Assembly: GCA_040755855.1 (NCBI GenBank)
Contig: JBFMAD010000001.1
Coordinates: 32,001-96,000, forward strand
DNA from: Planctomycetota bacterium
GTDB lineage: Bacteria > Planctomycetota > Brocadiia > JAADGH01
Length of the DNA: 64,000 nt
Direction of reading: 5' to 3'
Shown here: positions 50,017-60,010 of the stretch, piece after piece
Layout of the letters: every line of letters starts with the position of its first letter
Position numbering within the stretch: the first letter of the stretch is position 1
Notes under the pieces: generated by a model
Told to the model about the DNA's origin: nothing
Database searches by the model: none
Seen by the model: only the letters and a program-made list of their open reading frames with translations
Translations under genes and position numbers: made by a program

Positions 50017-51858
50017 CTACTTCTTACTTGTCAAATACACCATGAGCACCGAGATATCCGACGGCGTGACTCCCGATATGCGCGACGCCTGGCCGAGCGA
50101 CGCGGGGCGAACCTCGTTCAGCTTCGCCCGCGCCTCGCGCTTCAGGTCCTTGATGCGCTCGTAGTCAATGCCGCCCGGGATGCGCCAGTCCTCCATTCTA
50201 CGAAATTTTTCAATCTGCGCCAACTGGCGCTGAATGTAACCCGCATATTTGAGCTCGATCTCGACCTGCTCGCGGACGCAAGGATCGGGACAGACCTCGC
50301 CGAGTTTCGGACACATCTTCATCACGTTCTCGAATGTCACGTGCGGGCGGCGGAGGTATTGAGCAAGGCTGACCTCCCGGAGGCTGACCTCCCGGAGGTC
50401 GGAACCTCCGGGAGGTCGCGTCTTTTCCATGAAGGCGATCGTCTCCGCGATCTTGCGTTCCTTGTCCTGCAGGGTCGAAAACTGCTCGTCGCCGATGAGA
50501 CCGAGCCGGTGGCCGTGCGCCATCAGCCGCCGGTCGGCGTTGTCCTGCCTGAGGAGCAGGCGGTACTCGGCCCGGGATGTGAACATCCGGTACGGCTCCT
50601 GCGTGCCCTTAGTCACTAAGTCGTCAATGAGCACCCCGATGTAGGCCTCGTCGCGGCGGAGGATGAGCGGCCCTTCCCCGCGCAGCTTCAGCGCCGCGTT
50701 AATCCCGGCCATAATCCCCTGCGCCGCGGCCTCCTCGTAGCCCGACGTGCCGTTGATCTGTCCCGCGTGGAACAGGTTCTCGATCCGCTTCGTCTCCAGC
50801 GACGGCTTGAGCTGCGTCGGCGGGACGAAGTCGTACTCGATGGCGTAGCCGTACACCGTGATCGCGGCCTCCTCCAGGCCGGGGACGGAGCGCACCATCG
50901 CCTCCTGCACGTCCTTCGGCACGCTCGTAGCCAGGCCGTTGCAGTAGACCTCGGTGGTGTCCAGGCCCTCCGGCTCAATGAAGATCTGGTGCTCGTCCTT
51001 GTCGGGAAACCGCACGACCTTCAGTTCCACCGAGGGACAGTACCGCGGTCCGGCGCTCTTGATCTGCCCGGTGAAGAGCGGAGCGCGATCGAGGTTTTTG
51101 CGCAGAATCTCATGGGTCTCCGCCGTGGTCCATGTGAGGTGACACGGGACCTGCGGGCGGGTGATGCGCTTCGTCGAAAAAGAGAACGGCGTCGGATCAG
51201 GATCGCCCGGCTGCTTCGTCATTTTCCCGTAGTTGATGGTCTTCCCTTCAAGGCGAGGCGGCGTGCCGGTCTTGAGGCGGCCGATCTCCAGCCCGTGGGC
51301 GGCGAGGCTGGCCGAAAGGCGCTCCGCCGACGGCTCGCCGATGCGCCCGCCGATCTCCTGGTGCTCGCCAATGTGGATCAGCCCCTTGAGGAACGTGCCC
51401 GTCGTCAGGATGACGGCCCGCGTCCCGTACTCGTTGCCGGAATGCGTGCGGACGCCGACGGCCTTGCCGTCGCGCACCAGAAGCTCGTCCACGGTGTCTT
51501 CAAGGACCCTCAGCCGCTCCTGCGCCTCGATGTGGCGGCGCATCTCCTCGCGGTAGAGCTTACGGTCCGCCTGGGCGCGGGGGGAGCGCATGGCGGGGCC
51601 CTTGCGCTGGTTCAACATGCGGAACTGGATGCCTGTCGCGTCAGTCACCTTCGCCATCTCCCCGCCGAGGGCGTCCACCTCACGAACGAGTTGCCCCTTG
51701 GCCAGGCCGCCGATGGCCGGGTTGCACGACATCTGGGCGATACGGTCACGCCGGATCGTGAAGAGGGCCGTCTCCATGCCCATCCGTGCGGCGGCGAGGG
51801 CCGCCTCGCACCCCGCGTGGCCCGCGCCGACGACGATGATGTCGAAATCACCCTTCAC
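50017..51858 (-). CDS. mnmG: tRNA uridine-5-carboxymethylaminomethyl(34) synthesis enzyme MnmG (GidA)
   Basis: VVGAGHAGCEA, MSCNPAIGG, RLKTGTPPR, GPRYCPS, AGQINGTSGYEEAAAQG, EPYRMFTSRAEYRL. Confidence 0.98.
   Translation of the reverse strand: MKGDFDIIVVGAGHAGCEAALAAARMGMETALFTIRRDRIAQMSCNPAIGGLAKGQLVREVDALGGEMAKVTDATGIQFRMLNQRKGPAMRSPRAQADRKLYREEMRRHIEAQERLRVLEDTVDELLVRDGKAVGVRTHSGNEYGTRAVILTTGTFLKGLIHIGEHQEIGGRIGEPSAERLSASLAAHGLEIGRLKTGTPPRLEGKTINYGKMTKQPGDPDPTPFSFSTKRITRPQVPCHLTWTTAETHEILRKNLDRAPLFTGQIKSAGPRYCPSVELKVVRFPDKDEHQIFIEPEGLDTTEVYCNGLATSVPKDVQEAMVRSVPGLEEAAITVYGYAIEYDFVPPTQLKPSLETKRIENLFHAGQINGTSGYEEAAAQGIMAGINAALKLRGEGPLILRRDEAYIGVLIDDLVTKGTQEPYRMFTSRAEYRLLLRQDNADRRLMAHGHRLGLIGDEQFSTLQDKERKIAETIAFMEKTRPPGGSDLREVSLREVSLAQYLRRPHVTFENVMKMCPKLGEVCPDPCVREQVEIELKYAGYIQRQLAQIEKFRRMEDWRIPGGIDYERIKDLKREARAKLNEVRPASLGQASRISGVTPSDISVLMVYLTSKK
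50366..50417. repeat. REP-like palindrome plus 15-bp tandem duplication inside the mnmG coding sequence
   Basis: gacctcccggaggt-cgga-acctccgggaggtc (50386-50417, perfect 14-bp stem); aggctgacctcccgg x2 (50366-50395). Confidence 0.85.
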
Positions 51859-51876
51859 GTGCGTTCCTTGTCAAAC

Positions 51877-51983
51877 ATCCTACTCCTGCTCCTAATCCTA
51901 ATCTTAATCCTAATCGTAATCTCCTCCGGCAGAGATCAAGATTAGGATTAAGATTAGGATTAAGATTAGGATTACGATTAAGA
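51877..51983. repeat. Inverted pair of hexamer tandem arrays (TAATCN)n / (NGATTA)n
   Basis: tactcc tgctcc taatcc taatct taatcc taatcg taatct, ~10-bp spacer, then agatca agatta ggatta agatta ggatta agatta ggatta cgatta. Confidence 0.9.
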
Positions 51984-52027
51984 ACTACTTATTACCAGAA
52001 ATAGGGCAAAAAGTCCATGCCTTGCCC

Positions 52028-52056
52028 TTGACGCGAAGGCGAGGAATCGGCATAAT
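52028..52056 (+). promoter_or_regulatory. Sigma70 promoter for the 52097 operon
   Basis: TTGACG-17 bp-CATAAT. Confidence 0.6.
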
Positions 52057-52096
52057 GCGGGTGATATGTCTTTCGATGGAGGAATCGGCAGGGCCA

Positions 52097-52669
52097 ATGA
52101 AAAAGGACATCATCTACTTCGAGAAGGCCGGCCGGCGGAACACGGACGACGTTATAGCGGCCGTTGCCGCGCGGGCCGACGAGTTGGACATCAGGCACGT
52201 GGTCGTCGCGTCCACATCGGGCGAAACGGCGCGCAAGTTCAACGAGGCGCTCAGGGGCCGGGGGATATCCGTCGTCTGCGTCACCCTCCACGCCGGCTGG
52301 AAAGAGAAGGACCACAAGTTCCTCAGCGACGAGGCGCGCAGACGGTTGGAGGCGGACGGGATTCGCGTGGTCATGTCTATCCACGCCCTAAGCGGCGTGG
52401 GGCGGTCTATCTCCGACAAGTTCGGCACGATCTCGCACGTCGAGATCATCGCCCACGTCCTGAAGCTCATGGGCGAGGGCATGAAGGTCGCTGTCGAGGT
52501 GTCGGTCATGGCCGCCGACGCCGGGGCCATTCCCACCGACCGGGAGATCATCGCCGTTGGTGGGAGCGGCAGCGGCGCGGACACGGCGATCGTCCTGAAG
52601 GCCGCGCACCAGAACAATTTCTTCGATCTCGAGATTCGAGAAATTATCGCTATGCCTCGGAAGAAATGA
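52097..52669 (+). CDS. Stand-alone pyruvate kinase C-terminal (alpha/beta) domain protein
   Basis: YFEKAG..NT, VVVASTSGETA, HALSGV.R, GMKVAVEV.VMAADAG, GADTA, EIIAMP. Confidence 0.8.
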   Translation: MKKDIIYFEKAGRRNTDDVIAAVAARADELDIRHVVVASTSGETARKFNEALRGRGISVVCVTLHAGWKEKDHKFLSDEARRRLEADGIRVVMSIHALSGVGRSISDKFGTISHVEIIAHVLKLMGEGMKVAVEVSVMAADAGAIPTDREIIAVGGSGSGADTAIVLKAAHQNNFFDLEIREIIAMPRKK

Positions 52670-53454
52670 AACGATACAGAGGCTACATCTTCGACTTGGA
52701 CGGCACGATCTACCGGGGGCCGAGCCTTATCCCCGGCGCCAAGGAGACGATCGAGTGGCTCCGCGGCAAGGGGGCGGGATGCCTGTTCCTCTCGAACAAA
52801 GCCATCCAGACGCGCGAGACCTACGCCAAGAAGCTGAACGATCTGGGCATCCCCGTCGAGGTCGGCGACGTCATCAACTCGTCCCTCGTCACGGCGTCGT
52901 ACCTCGCGGAGCACGAGCCCAAGGCGCGGCTGTACGTCATCGGCGAGAGGCCCCTGATTGATGAGCTCGCCGCCGCGGGCCTGCGTCTGGCCGAATCGCC
53001 GGATGAGACGGACATCGTGGTGGTCTCCTTCGACCGCACATTCCACTACGGCAAGCTGGACTTCGCCTTCAACGCCATCAAGCGGGGGGCGCGGATCATC
53101 GCCACGAACGCGGACAAGACATGCCCCGTGGAGGACGGCGTCGAATTGCCCGACGCGGCGCCCATCATCGGCGCCCTCAAGGCCGTCACCGGCAAGGGGC
53201 CGGAGCGGGTGATGGGGAAGCCATCCACGCTGATCCTCGAGGTGGCGTGTCGCCGCTTGGGCCTCGACCCGTGCGACTGTCTCATGGTCGGCGACCGGCT
53301 GGAGACGGACATGGTCATGGGCCGGGCGGCGGGCATGGGCACGGCGCTGGTCCTGAGCGGGGTGACGCAGCGAAACGATCTTGACAAGATGGACATAAAA
53401 CCGGATTATATACTGGAAAGCGTTGCCGACATCATGGAGAGCCAATCAACATGA
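52666..53454 (+). CDS. HAD-IIA hydrolase (NagD-like)
   Basis: FDLDGTIY, FLSN, IATNAD, MGKPS, MVGDRLETD, LVLSGVT; ATGA overlap with the upstream gene. Confidence 0.9.
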   Translation: MKRYRGYIFDLDGTIYRGPSLIPGAKETIEWLRGKGAGCLFLSNKAIQTRETYAKKLNDLGIPVEVGDVINSSLVTASYLAEHEPKARLYVIGERPLIDELAAAGLRLAESPDETDIVVVSFDRTFHYGKLDFAFNAIKRGARIIATNADKTCPVEDGVELPDAAPIIGALKAVTGKGPERVMGKPSTLILEVACRRLGLDPCDCLMVGDRLETDMVMGRAAGMGTALVLSGVTQRNDLDKMDIKPDYILESVADIMESQST

Positions 53455-54914
53455 GATGCATCCGCCTCGTCGCTCTTGCGGCAATGAGTCTCGTTTGCTC
53501 CGTCGCCCACACGCAGGGCGTAAAGGCCCCGCTTCCCGATCCGGTCATCATCTGCCCCCCCAACGCCACGGCCATCGAGACCTTCGCCGCGCAGGAGCTG
53601 GCCCGGGCCATTGAGGCGATGACCGGCAAGAGGCCGGATGTGGTGAATGCGTTATCGGGCGCAAAGGCGAGCAAGATCGTCCTTCTCAACGCAAAGGCGC
53701 CGGCCAAAGGCCCGGCGCCGGACCAGGCCTATTCGATCCTCTACGATGAGAAGGAAGGCAAACCCGAGGTTCTCATCACCGGCAAGGACCGCAGCCTCCT
53801 CTACGCGGTTCGCGACCTGAGCGGAAAATATCTTTCCGGCAAGGAACGGCAGTTGTTTGTGGAAAAAATTTCGCTCACCGAGACGCCCGCCGCGCCTCGC
53901 CGATACCTCTGGCTGTGGCTGCAAAACCTGAAGGGAGACTGGAAGCCCTTCATTGACTTCGCCAGCGAGTGGAAGTGCAACGGCGTCGTCATCTGGGGCC
54001 TGGATGCCTGGAAGGACGATAAGCTTTGCCGGGAGATATGCGTCTACGCCCACGAGCGGGGGGTGGATGTGCTTCACGGATTCGGCGTCAACGGATATCA
54101 CGAGGGCAAGCACATCTGCGAGACGATCCCGGAGGCAAAGGCCGTCATCCCGGAGAAATTCCATAATACGGAAAATGGAAAATGGAGCCTCGATGCGCTC
54201 TACTGCCCCTCCAATGAAAAGGCCCAGGCGGCGATCAAGGAGATGCTCCTCAAGGCCGCCGACGCAGGCATTGACGGGTTCAATTTCGAGACGGCCGATG
54301 TGGATTACATCCTGTGTCACTGCCCCAAGTGCGAGGCCCGCTTCAAACACCAGAGCGAAGAGCTGCACGCCAACAAGCCCATCGAATGGCCCATCGAGCA
54401 CACAAACATGGCCGTCGAGTTCCTGAGCGCGGAGCGGCCGAACCTGTGGCTCTGCGCGGAATATGCAATCCAAAAATTCGACCCGGCGCCCTACGTGGGT
54501 TCAGCCAAACTCGAACGCCTGGCGAAGGAGATCAACAAGCGGTGCACGGTGATCTGGTGCGAGTCCATGGCTCCGCCGCAGCCGATCGCCGAGGCGCTCA
54601 TCCAGATGCGGCCGGAGTCGGGCTTCTACATCCGCAGCGGAGCGATCCTCGGCATCGAGGGATCGGAGAAATACAAATGGGAGGACGAACTGGCGGCCAT
54701 GAGACGCCTCATCCCCCTCGAACCCAAGTGCGTCATGTACCGCTCCGGCATCCCGGGCGGCTACCTCGCCGCGAAGATGGCCGTCGCCGCCGAGGCCATG
54801 TGGAATCCCAAGCGGGCGGACGATTACTTCCAGGGGGTCTTCGACCGCGTTACCGGCATGACGAAGCCCGGCGGGAAGTACGCGGTGAAGGAAGAAAAAC
54901 CAAAACAGCCGTAG
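53451..54914 (+). CDS. Secreted hypothetical protein, GH20-like N-domain plus probable TIM barrel
   Basis: Signal peptide, ETFAAQELARAIEAMTG, YCPSN, CHCPKC. Confidence 0.55.
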   Translation: MRCIRLVALAAMSLVCSVAHTQGVKAPLPDPVIICPPNATAIETFAAQELARAIEAMTGKRPDVVNALSGAKASKIVLLNAKAPAKGPAPDQAYSILYDEKEGKPEVLITGKDRSLLYAVRDLSGKYLSGKERQLFVEKISLTETPAAPRRYLWLWLQNLKGDWKPFIDFASEWKCNGVVIWGLDAWKDDKLCREICVYAHERGVDVLHGFGVNGYHEGKHICETIPEAKAVIPEKFHNTENGKWSLDALYCPSNEKAQAAIKEMLLKAADAGIDGFNFETADVDYILCHCPKCEARFKHQSEELHANKPIEWPIEHTNMAVEFLSAERPNLWLCAEYAIQKFDPAPYVGSAKLERLAKEINKRCTVIWCESMAPPQPIAEALIQMRPESGFYIRSGAILGIEGSEKYKWEDELAAMRRLIPLEPKCVMYRSGIPGGYLAAKMAVAAEAMWNPKRADDYFQGVFDRVTGMTKPGGKYAVKEEKPKQP

Positions 54915-55028
54915 CCATGCGCTGAAAAGGGGGCAGACGCGAGCGGCGTCAAGTCAAGGACATGGGCCGTCGCCGGTAACTTGCGTGTGCGGCGCAATGA
55001 CAAATGCCGAAAGAATACCCAAAGCCAC

Positions 55029-55052
55029 GTAGCGGAAGTCGCCAGACTTCCG
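55029..55052 (+). repeat. Single GTAG-type REP
   Basis: GTAG-CGGAAGTC-GCCA-GACTTCCG, perfect 8-bp stem. Confidence 0.7.
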
Positions 55053-55077
55053 ACGAGCCGCCCATAGGAGAATACGC

Positions 55078-58000
55078 ATGACCCCGAAGAAAGCCTGCCC
55101 TGTTATCCTTGCCGCAATCCTGTTTCTCTGCGGAACCGTCCTCACCGATGACTGGCCGACATACCAGTCCGACCCCGGACGCTCCGGCGCGACGGCCGAT
55201 AGCCTGAGTTTCCCGCTGGCAACCCAATGGACCTACCAGCCGAAACAGCCCCCCCTCCCCGCCTGGCCCGAACCCGGCAAGGAACTTCACCGGATGGACT
55301 TCGACTACTCCTTCCAGCCCGTGGTCGCCAGGGGGATCGTTTACTTCGGCTCCTCCGCCGACGATACGCTCCGCGCCCTGAACGCCGAGACGGGGGATCT
55401 GCTCTGGCGCTTCACCACCGACGGCCCGATCCGCTTCGCGCCGATGATTGCCGGCGGCAGGGCCTACGCTGCATCGGACGACGGACATCTCTACTGCCTC
55501 GACGCCAAGACCGGAAAGGCGCTGTGGAAAAAACGCCTCGCCCCCGGCGACGACCGGATCATCGGCAACGGGCGGATGATCTCGCGCTGGCCCTGCCGGA
55601 CGGGGGCGCTGGTGGTGGATGACGTCGTCTATTGCACGGCGGGCATGTGGCCCACGGAGGGGGCCTACATCTATGCCCTCGACGCGGCGACCGGCGACGA
55701 GCGCTGGTGCAACGACAGCAGCGGGTCCATCTACGTGGACCTCCCCCACCCCGGGGCGATGGGCTTCAGCGCCGTGGCCCCGCAGGGATACCTCCTCGTC
55801 CGGGGCGACATCCTCCTCGTCCCCACCGGGCGGTGCATCCCCGCTGCCTTCAATCGTCACACAGGACGCTTGCTCCACTACAAACCCGCCGATGCCCTCT
55901 TCAACGGCGGCGCATGGACTACGTCAACGGAGGGCTTCTACTTCAATCCCAAGAACCGATTCCAGAACCCCTCCGAGGCGTTCATCGGCGAAGCGGACCC
56001 TGTCCCCGGCGACGGCATGCTCATGTATTCCTTTGCCTCCGGTGATCCGGAGACGGCCTTCAACGGAAAGTACCGCGTGCTCGCCTCGGGGGATACCCTC
56101 TACACCGTCGGCATGGGGACCATTGACGCGCTGGACATGGCGACGCTCCGGGGGAAGAAGCGAGTGACCAAGTGGTCCACCCCCCACGAGGCCCGCGTCT
56201 ATTCCATCGCCCTCGCCGGGCAGACGCTCCTCACCGGCAATCGGGGGTCCATCACGGCGTTTAACGCCGCCGACGGCAAGGTCGTCTGGAACTGCGATGT
56301 GGACGGGCAGGTGCGCGGTCTGGCGGTCAGCGACGGGCGGGGCTTCGCTTCCACGGACAAGGGGACCTTACTCTGCCTTGGCCCAGGAAAGACGAATGCG
56401 AAGAAGATAACGGAAAGCAAGGAACCGACGACACCTTCTCCAGAGGCGAGCAATGCCGCGAAGGGCATCATCACAACGTCCGGCAAGGCGGAGGGTTATG
56501 CCTTCGTCATCGGCGAGCCGGATAGCCAATTGGCCGAGGCCATCGCCGCGCAGACGAAGCTCTGCGTCGTTAACGTGCTGAAGGGCGAGGCGAACGTCCA
56601 GTCCGAACGGGATCGGTTGTTCAAGGCCGGGCTCTATGGATCGCGCGTGCATGTGCAGGGGCTGGAGGATATGTCTCGGCTTCCGTACGGGTCCTATTTC
56701 GCCGATCTGGTCGTCGTCTCCAACAAGTCAAGCGGGGCGTCCCCGACGGAATGTTATCGTCTCCTGCGTCCGTGCGGGGGAAAGATGTGCTTCGTCGGAT
56801 TCGCCCGGACAGAGGCCGATGAGTTTGTCAAGAAAGCGACAGTGTCCGAAGGAGAGTTCTCGGAGGCGGACCGGATCGTCGTCAGAGGCACGCTGCCCGG
56901 CGCGGCGGACTGGCGTTATCCCTGGGCCGACGGCGGCCGAAGCGGCGTGGGCAAGGACACGCGCGTCCGCCTGCCGATGGACCTCCTCTGGTTCGGCGGG
57001 CCGGGGCCGGACCGCTTGGTGGACCGCCACCTGATGGGCTCTCCCCCCGTCTCGGCGAACGGGCGCGTGTTCATGCAGGGGGAGAACCACGTCATCGCCT
57101 TCGACGCCTACAATGGGCGGGAGCTCTGGAGCCGCGAGATTCAGGGCGTGGGCCGAAAGTACTCCCAGTACTACTCCAGCAGTCTCGTGACCGACAGCGA
57201 CGGCGTTTACGTCGTGCAGCGCGACCAATGCCACCGCCTCGACGCGGCCACCGGCGAGATCATCGCCACCTATGCCATCCCCGACGCGGCAGTCCAGGGC
57301 ATTTCCCCGGCGCCCGTCCCGGACTACATGGACGTCGAGTGGCCAAAGGTCTGGCAGGTGTTTGGGCCGCTCCCCGGCGGGGCCGGGGCGAAGCCGCCGC
57401 TCAAGCCGGCAGACCTGAAGGCCGTGCCGGAGCGGATAACGGTGAAGGACAAGGAGTACGTCGCGACCCGGATCGAGGCCGCAGATCATCTCATTGACTT
57501 CACGACCCTCTACGGCGGCTACGGCTTCAAGCCGTTGGCGCCGGGCGAGAAGCCGAAGGCGCGCCAGCAGAAAGGCACGGATTTCAGCTTCCCCGACGTG
57601 GGCCGGATGTGTTACGCCTTTGCGAAAATCAACTTCCCAACAGACGGGAAGCTGCTGATCGGCGCGGGGGCCGACTGGTGGATGCAGTGGTACCTTGACG
57701 GCAGGCCCATCTTCGACACACTCAAGGACGGGAACATCGGCAACCGCGACAACTTCTTCGGCAAGCCCTGCGCGCCGGAAGATTTCGTCTTCGATGTGGA
57801 CGTGGCCGCGGGCGAGCACGTGCTGGCCGTGATGGTGAAGGCGGGCAGCCGTGGCTGGGCGCTGGCGTCGGACAGCGTGGCGAAGCGGGCCAGGGAGCTG
57901 CAGCCCATCTCCGCAGGCGAGGACCCGAACGTGCCCAATCTTCGCGACATGGTCTGGGGCTACCTGTCCGTGACGGACGACCTTGTTCTCGGCGGCTACA

Positions 58001-60003
58001 ACGTCCCGATCATGGAGGGCCAGTCGGCGGAGTCGCACCTCATCTGGCGGTCCGAGGGCAAGGCTGTCTTTGCGCTGGACAAGCAGGACGGATCGCTCCG
58101 ATGGGTCTATCGCCCCGAGGGCGACCGGATCGTTGCGAATATCGAGATCGCCTTCGGCGACGGGAAACTGTTCCTCATAGACGGCACGTCGAAGGCGGAC
58201 CTGGTGAAGGCGAGACACCGCGGCGAGAAGATCGACGCGAAGCTCACGCTTGTCGCCCTGAACCTGGCCGACGGCAAGGAGCTGTGGCGGCAGGACGACG
58301 TGCCGATGCTCGGCGACCGCGACATCCCGACGCGGCTGAAGTCGAATCTCACCCACCTCTTCATGGGCATGCCCAACTGGGGGCATCTCATCTACGCCGA
58401 TGGCGTGGTTGTTTACGGCGCAAATGCGGCCTACGACGCGGCCACCGGCAAGAAACTCTGGTCCAGAGCGAAGCGCCCCCAGGACCTCCCCATCGTCCTC
58501 GGCAAATGGCTCCTCGCCCATCCGTTCGCCATTGATCTTCGCACCGCCGAGGAGCGCATGACAAAGGACCTCCTCACCGGCGAGGAGGTCCCCTGGCGGC
58601 ACCAGCGCACCTACGGCTGCGGGCCGACGCTGGGAAACGAGAATGTGCTCTTCTTCCGATCCGGGGCGAACGGGTTCTTCGACATGCTCGCCGACGGCAC
58701 GACGAACTTCGGGGGAACCCGGTCGGGCTGCTCCCGGAGCATGCTCACCGCGAATGGCCTGCTCATTCATCCCGAAGGCTTCAGTGGGTGCTGCTGCTCC
58801 TACAGCTACCAGACCTGCCTCGCGCTGATCCCCAGCTCCGACCGGAGCAACTGGTGGTACGTCTTTCCGCAGTACGCCGGCGGTGGCCTTATCAGGCGCA
58901 TGGCCGTCAACTTCGGCGCGCCCGGCGACCAGAAGGACGATCAGGGCAACGCATGGCTCGGCTTCCCCCGGCCCATGATCTCGAACGCCTGCCCCGCGCC
59001 GGTGGCCATTCTCATGGAAAACGCCTCCTGCGACTACCGGCGGCGCGCCACGGCGACGATCAAGGGCGCGGACTCGCCCTGGCTCTATTCCTCGTATCTG
59101 CGCGGGCGCGGGCAGATCGCCATCGGCCTCGTCCTCCAGCCGAGCGTACTTCTCCCCACTTGCGACGAAAAGCCGACGATTGACGGCAAGCTGGACGACC
59201 CTTGCTGGAAGGCCGTGAACGCCGTGCCCTTCGAGAACACGCCGTTCTCGCTCCTCGGGGCGAGCGTGGACCTGCGCATCTGCCGCGACGCGGAAAACAT
59301 CTACTTCGGCTACCACCGCAAGCCGATCTCCGATCCGCCGAAGGGGGCTGACGAAGCCGCCCTGGGCCAGAGCGACGAGTTCCAGATCTACATCGGCGAT
59401 CAAGGCCAGAAAATCGGCATCCGATGCGGCGTGAAACGCAACGGCGAGACCTTCGCCCGGTTCGGCACGGTGGATCGCTACCCGAAGGACGATCCTCGCT
59501 GGAAAGGCGAGTGGACGTGCGCCGCAACACAGACGCCGGAGGCGTGGAGCGCAGAGGCGGCGATCCCGATCAAGACGCTTACGGATGCCGGGATTGATCT
59601 GAAGCGGCTGAACCTGAACTGCATGTCGCGGAACTTGACGGGGGCGGGGTCGGAGGCGATCTTCCTTGTGGACCCGCGGTATGGCGCGGACTTCAAGCGC
59701 TGCGTCGGGTTTCGGCGGGTCATTCCTGCGCCCGCGAAGGCCCCGGAGGAGCGGTCGTTCACGGTGCGGATGCACTTCGCCGAGCTCGACGGCGCGGAAG
59801 TCGGCCAACGGGTCTTCGACGTGGCGATCCAGGGAAAGACCGTGGCCGAGGGCCTCGACATCGCGCGGGAGGCGGGTGGAAAGAACACCGCCCTCGTGAA
59901 GGAGTTCAAGGCTATCAAGGCAAGCGACAGGATCGTCATTGAACTGGTCCCTAAGACGAAGATGGACCCAGTCATCTGTGCCGTCGAGGTCGTCGAGGAG
60001 TGA
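55078..60003 (+). CDS. Very large secreted PQQ-like beta-propeller protein with methyltransferase-like, carbohydrate-binding and malectin domains
   Basis: DWPTYQSDPGRSG, repeated ALxAxTG..W propeller motifs, LPY...ADLVV..RLLRPCGG, C-terminal FTVRMHFAE..RVFDVAIQG (malectin). Confidence 0.8.
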   Translation: MTPKKACPVILAAILFLCGTVLTDDWPTYQSDPGRSGATADSLSFPLATQWTYQPKQPPLPAWPEPGKELHRMDFDYSFQPVVARGIVYFGSSADDTLRALNAETGDLLWRFTTDGPIRFAPMIAGGRAYAASDDGHLYCLDAKTGKALWKKRLAPGDDRIIGNGRMISRWPCRTGALVVDDVVYCTAGMWPTEGAYIYALDAATGDERWCNDSSGSIYVDLPHPGAMGFSAVAPQGYLLVRGDILLVPTGRCIPAAFNRHTGRLLHYKPADALFNGGAWTTSTEGFYFNPKNRFQNPSEAFIGEADPVPGDGMLMYSFASGDPETAFNGKYRVLASGDTLYTVGMGTIDALDMATLRGKKRVTKWSTPHEARVYSIALAGQTLLTGNRGSITAFNAADGKVVWNCDVDGQVRGLAVSDGRGFASTDKGTLLCLGPGKTNAKKITESKEPTTPSPEASNAAKGIITTSGKAEGYAFVIGEPDSQLAEAIAAQTKLCVVNVLKGEANVQSERDRLFKAGLYGSRVHVQGLEDMSRLPYGSYFADLVVVSNKSSGASPTECYRLLRPCGGKMCFVGFARTEADEFVKKATVSEGEFSEADRIVVRGTLPGAADWRYPWADGGRSGVGKDTRVRLPMDLLWFGGPGPDRLVDRHLMGSPPVSANGRVFMQGENHVIAFDAYNGRELWSREIQGVGRKYSQYYSSSLVTDSDGVYVVQRDQCHRLDAATGEIIATYAIPDAAVQGISPAPVPDYMDVEWPKVWQVFGPLPGGAGAKPPLKPADLKAVPERITVKDKEYVATRIEAADHLIDFTTLYGGYGFKPLAPGEKPKARQQKGTDFSFPDVGRMCYAFAKINFPTDGKLLIGAGADWWMQWYLDGRPIFDTLKDGNIGNRDNFFGKPCAPEDFVFDVDVAAGEHVLAVMVKAGSRGWALASDSVAKRARELQPISAGEDPNVPNLRDMVWGYLSVTDDLVLGGYNVPIMEGQSAESHLIWRSEGKAVFALDKQDGSLRWVYRPEGDRIVANIEIAFGDGKLFLIDGTSKADLVKARHRGEKIDAKLTLVALNLADGKELWRQDDVPMLGDRDIPTRLKSNLTHLFMGMPNWGHLIYADGVVVYGANAAYDAATGKKLWSRAKRPQDLPIVLGKWLLAHPFAIDLRTAEERMTKDLLTGEEVPWRHQRTYGCGPTLGNENVLFFRSGANGFFDMLADGTTNFGGTRSGCSRSMLTANGLLIHPEGFSGCCCSYSYQTCLALIPSSDRSNWWYVFPQYAGGGLIRRMAVNFGAPGDQKDDQGNAWLGFPRPMISNACPAPVAILMENASCDYRRRATATIKGADSPWLYSSYLRGRGQIAIGLVLQPSVLLPTCDEKPTIDGKLDDPCWKAVNAVPFENTPFSLLGASVDLRICRDAENIYFGYHRKPISDPPKGADEAALGQSDEFQIYIGDQGQKIGIRCGVKRNGETFARFGTVDRYPKDDPRWKGEWTCAATQTPEAWSAEAAIPIKTLTDAGIDLKRLNLNCMSRNLTGAGSEAIFLVDPRYGADFKRCVGFRRVIPAPAKAPEERSFTVRMHFAELDGAEVGQRVFDVAIQGKTVAEGLDIAREAGGKNTALVKEFKAIKASDRIVIELVPKTKMDPVICAVEVVEE

Positions 60004-60010
60004 CAGGAAG

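Noticed and set aside
52066..52665. 462-aa ORF suggesting an N-terminally extended HAD hydrolase
   Set aside because: The first 200 codons overlap the PK-C-domain gene in another frame. The real start is the ATGA overlap at 52666.
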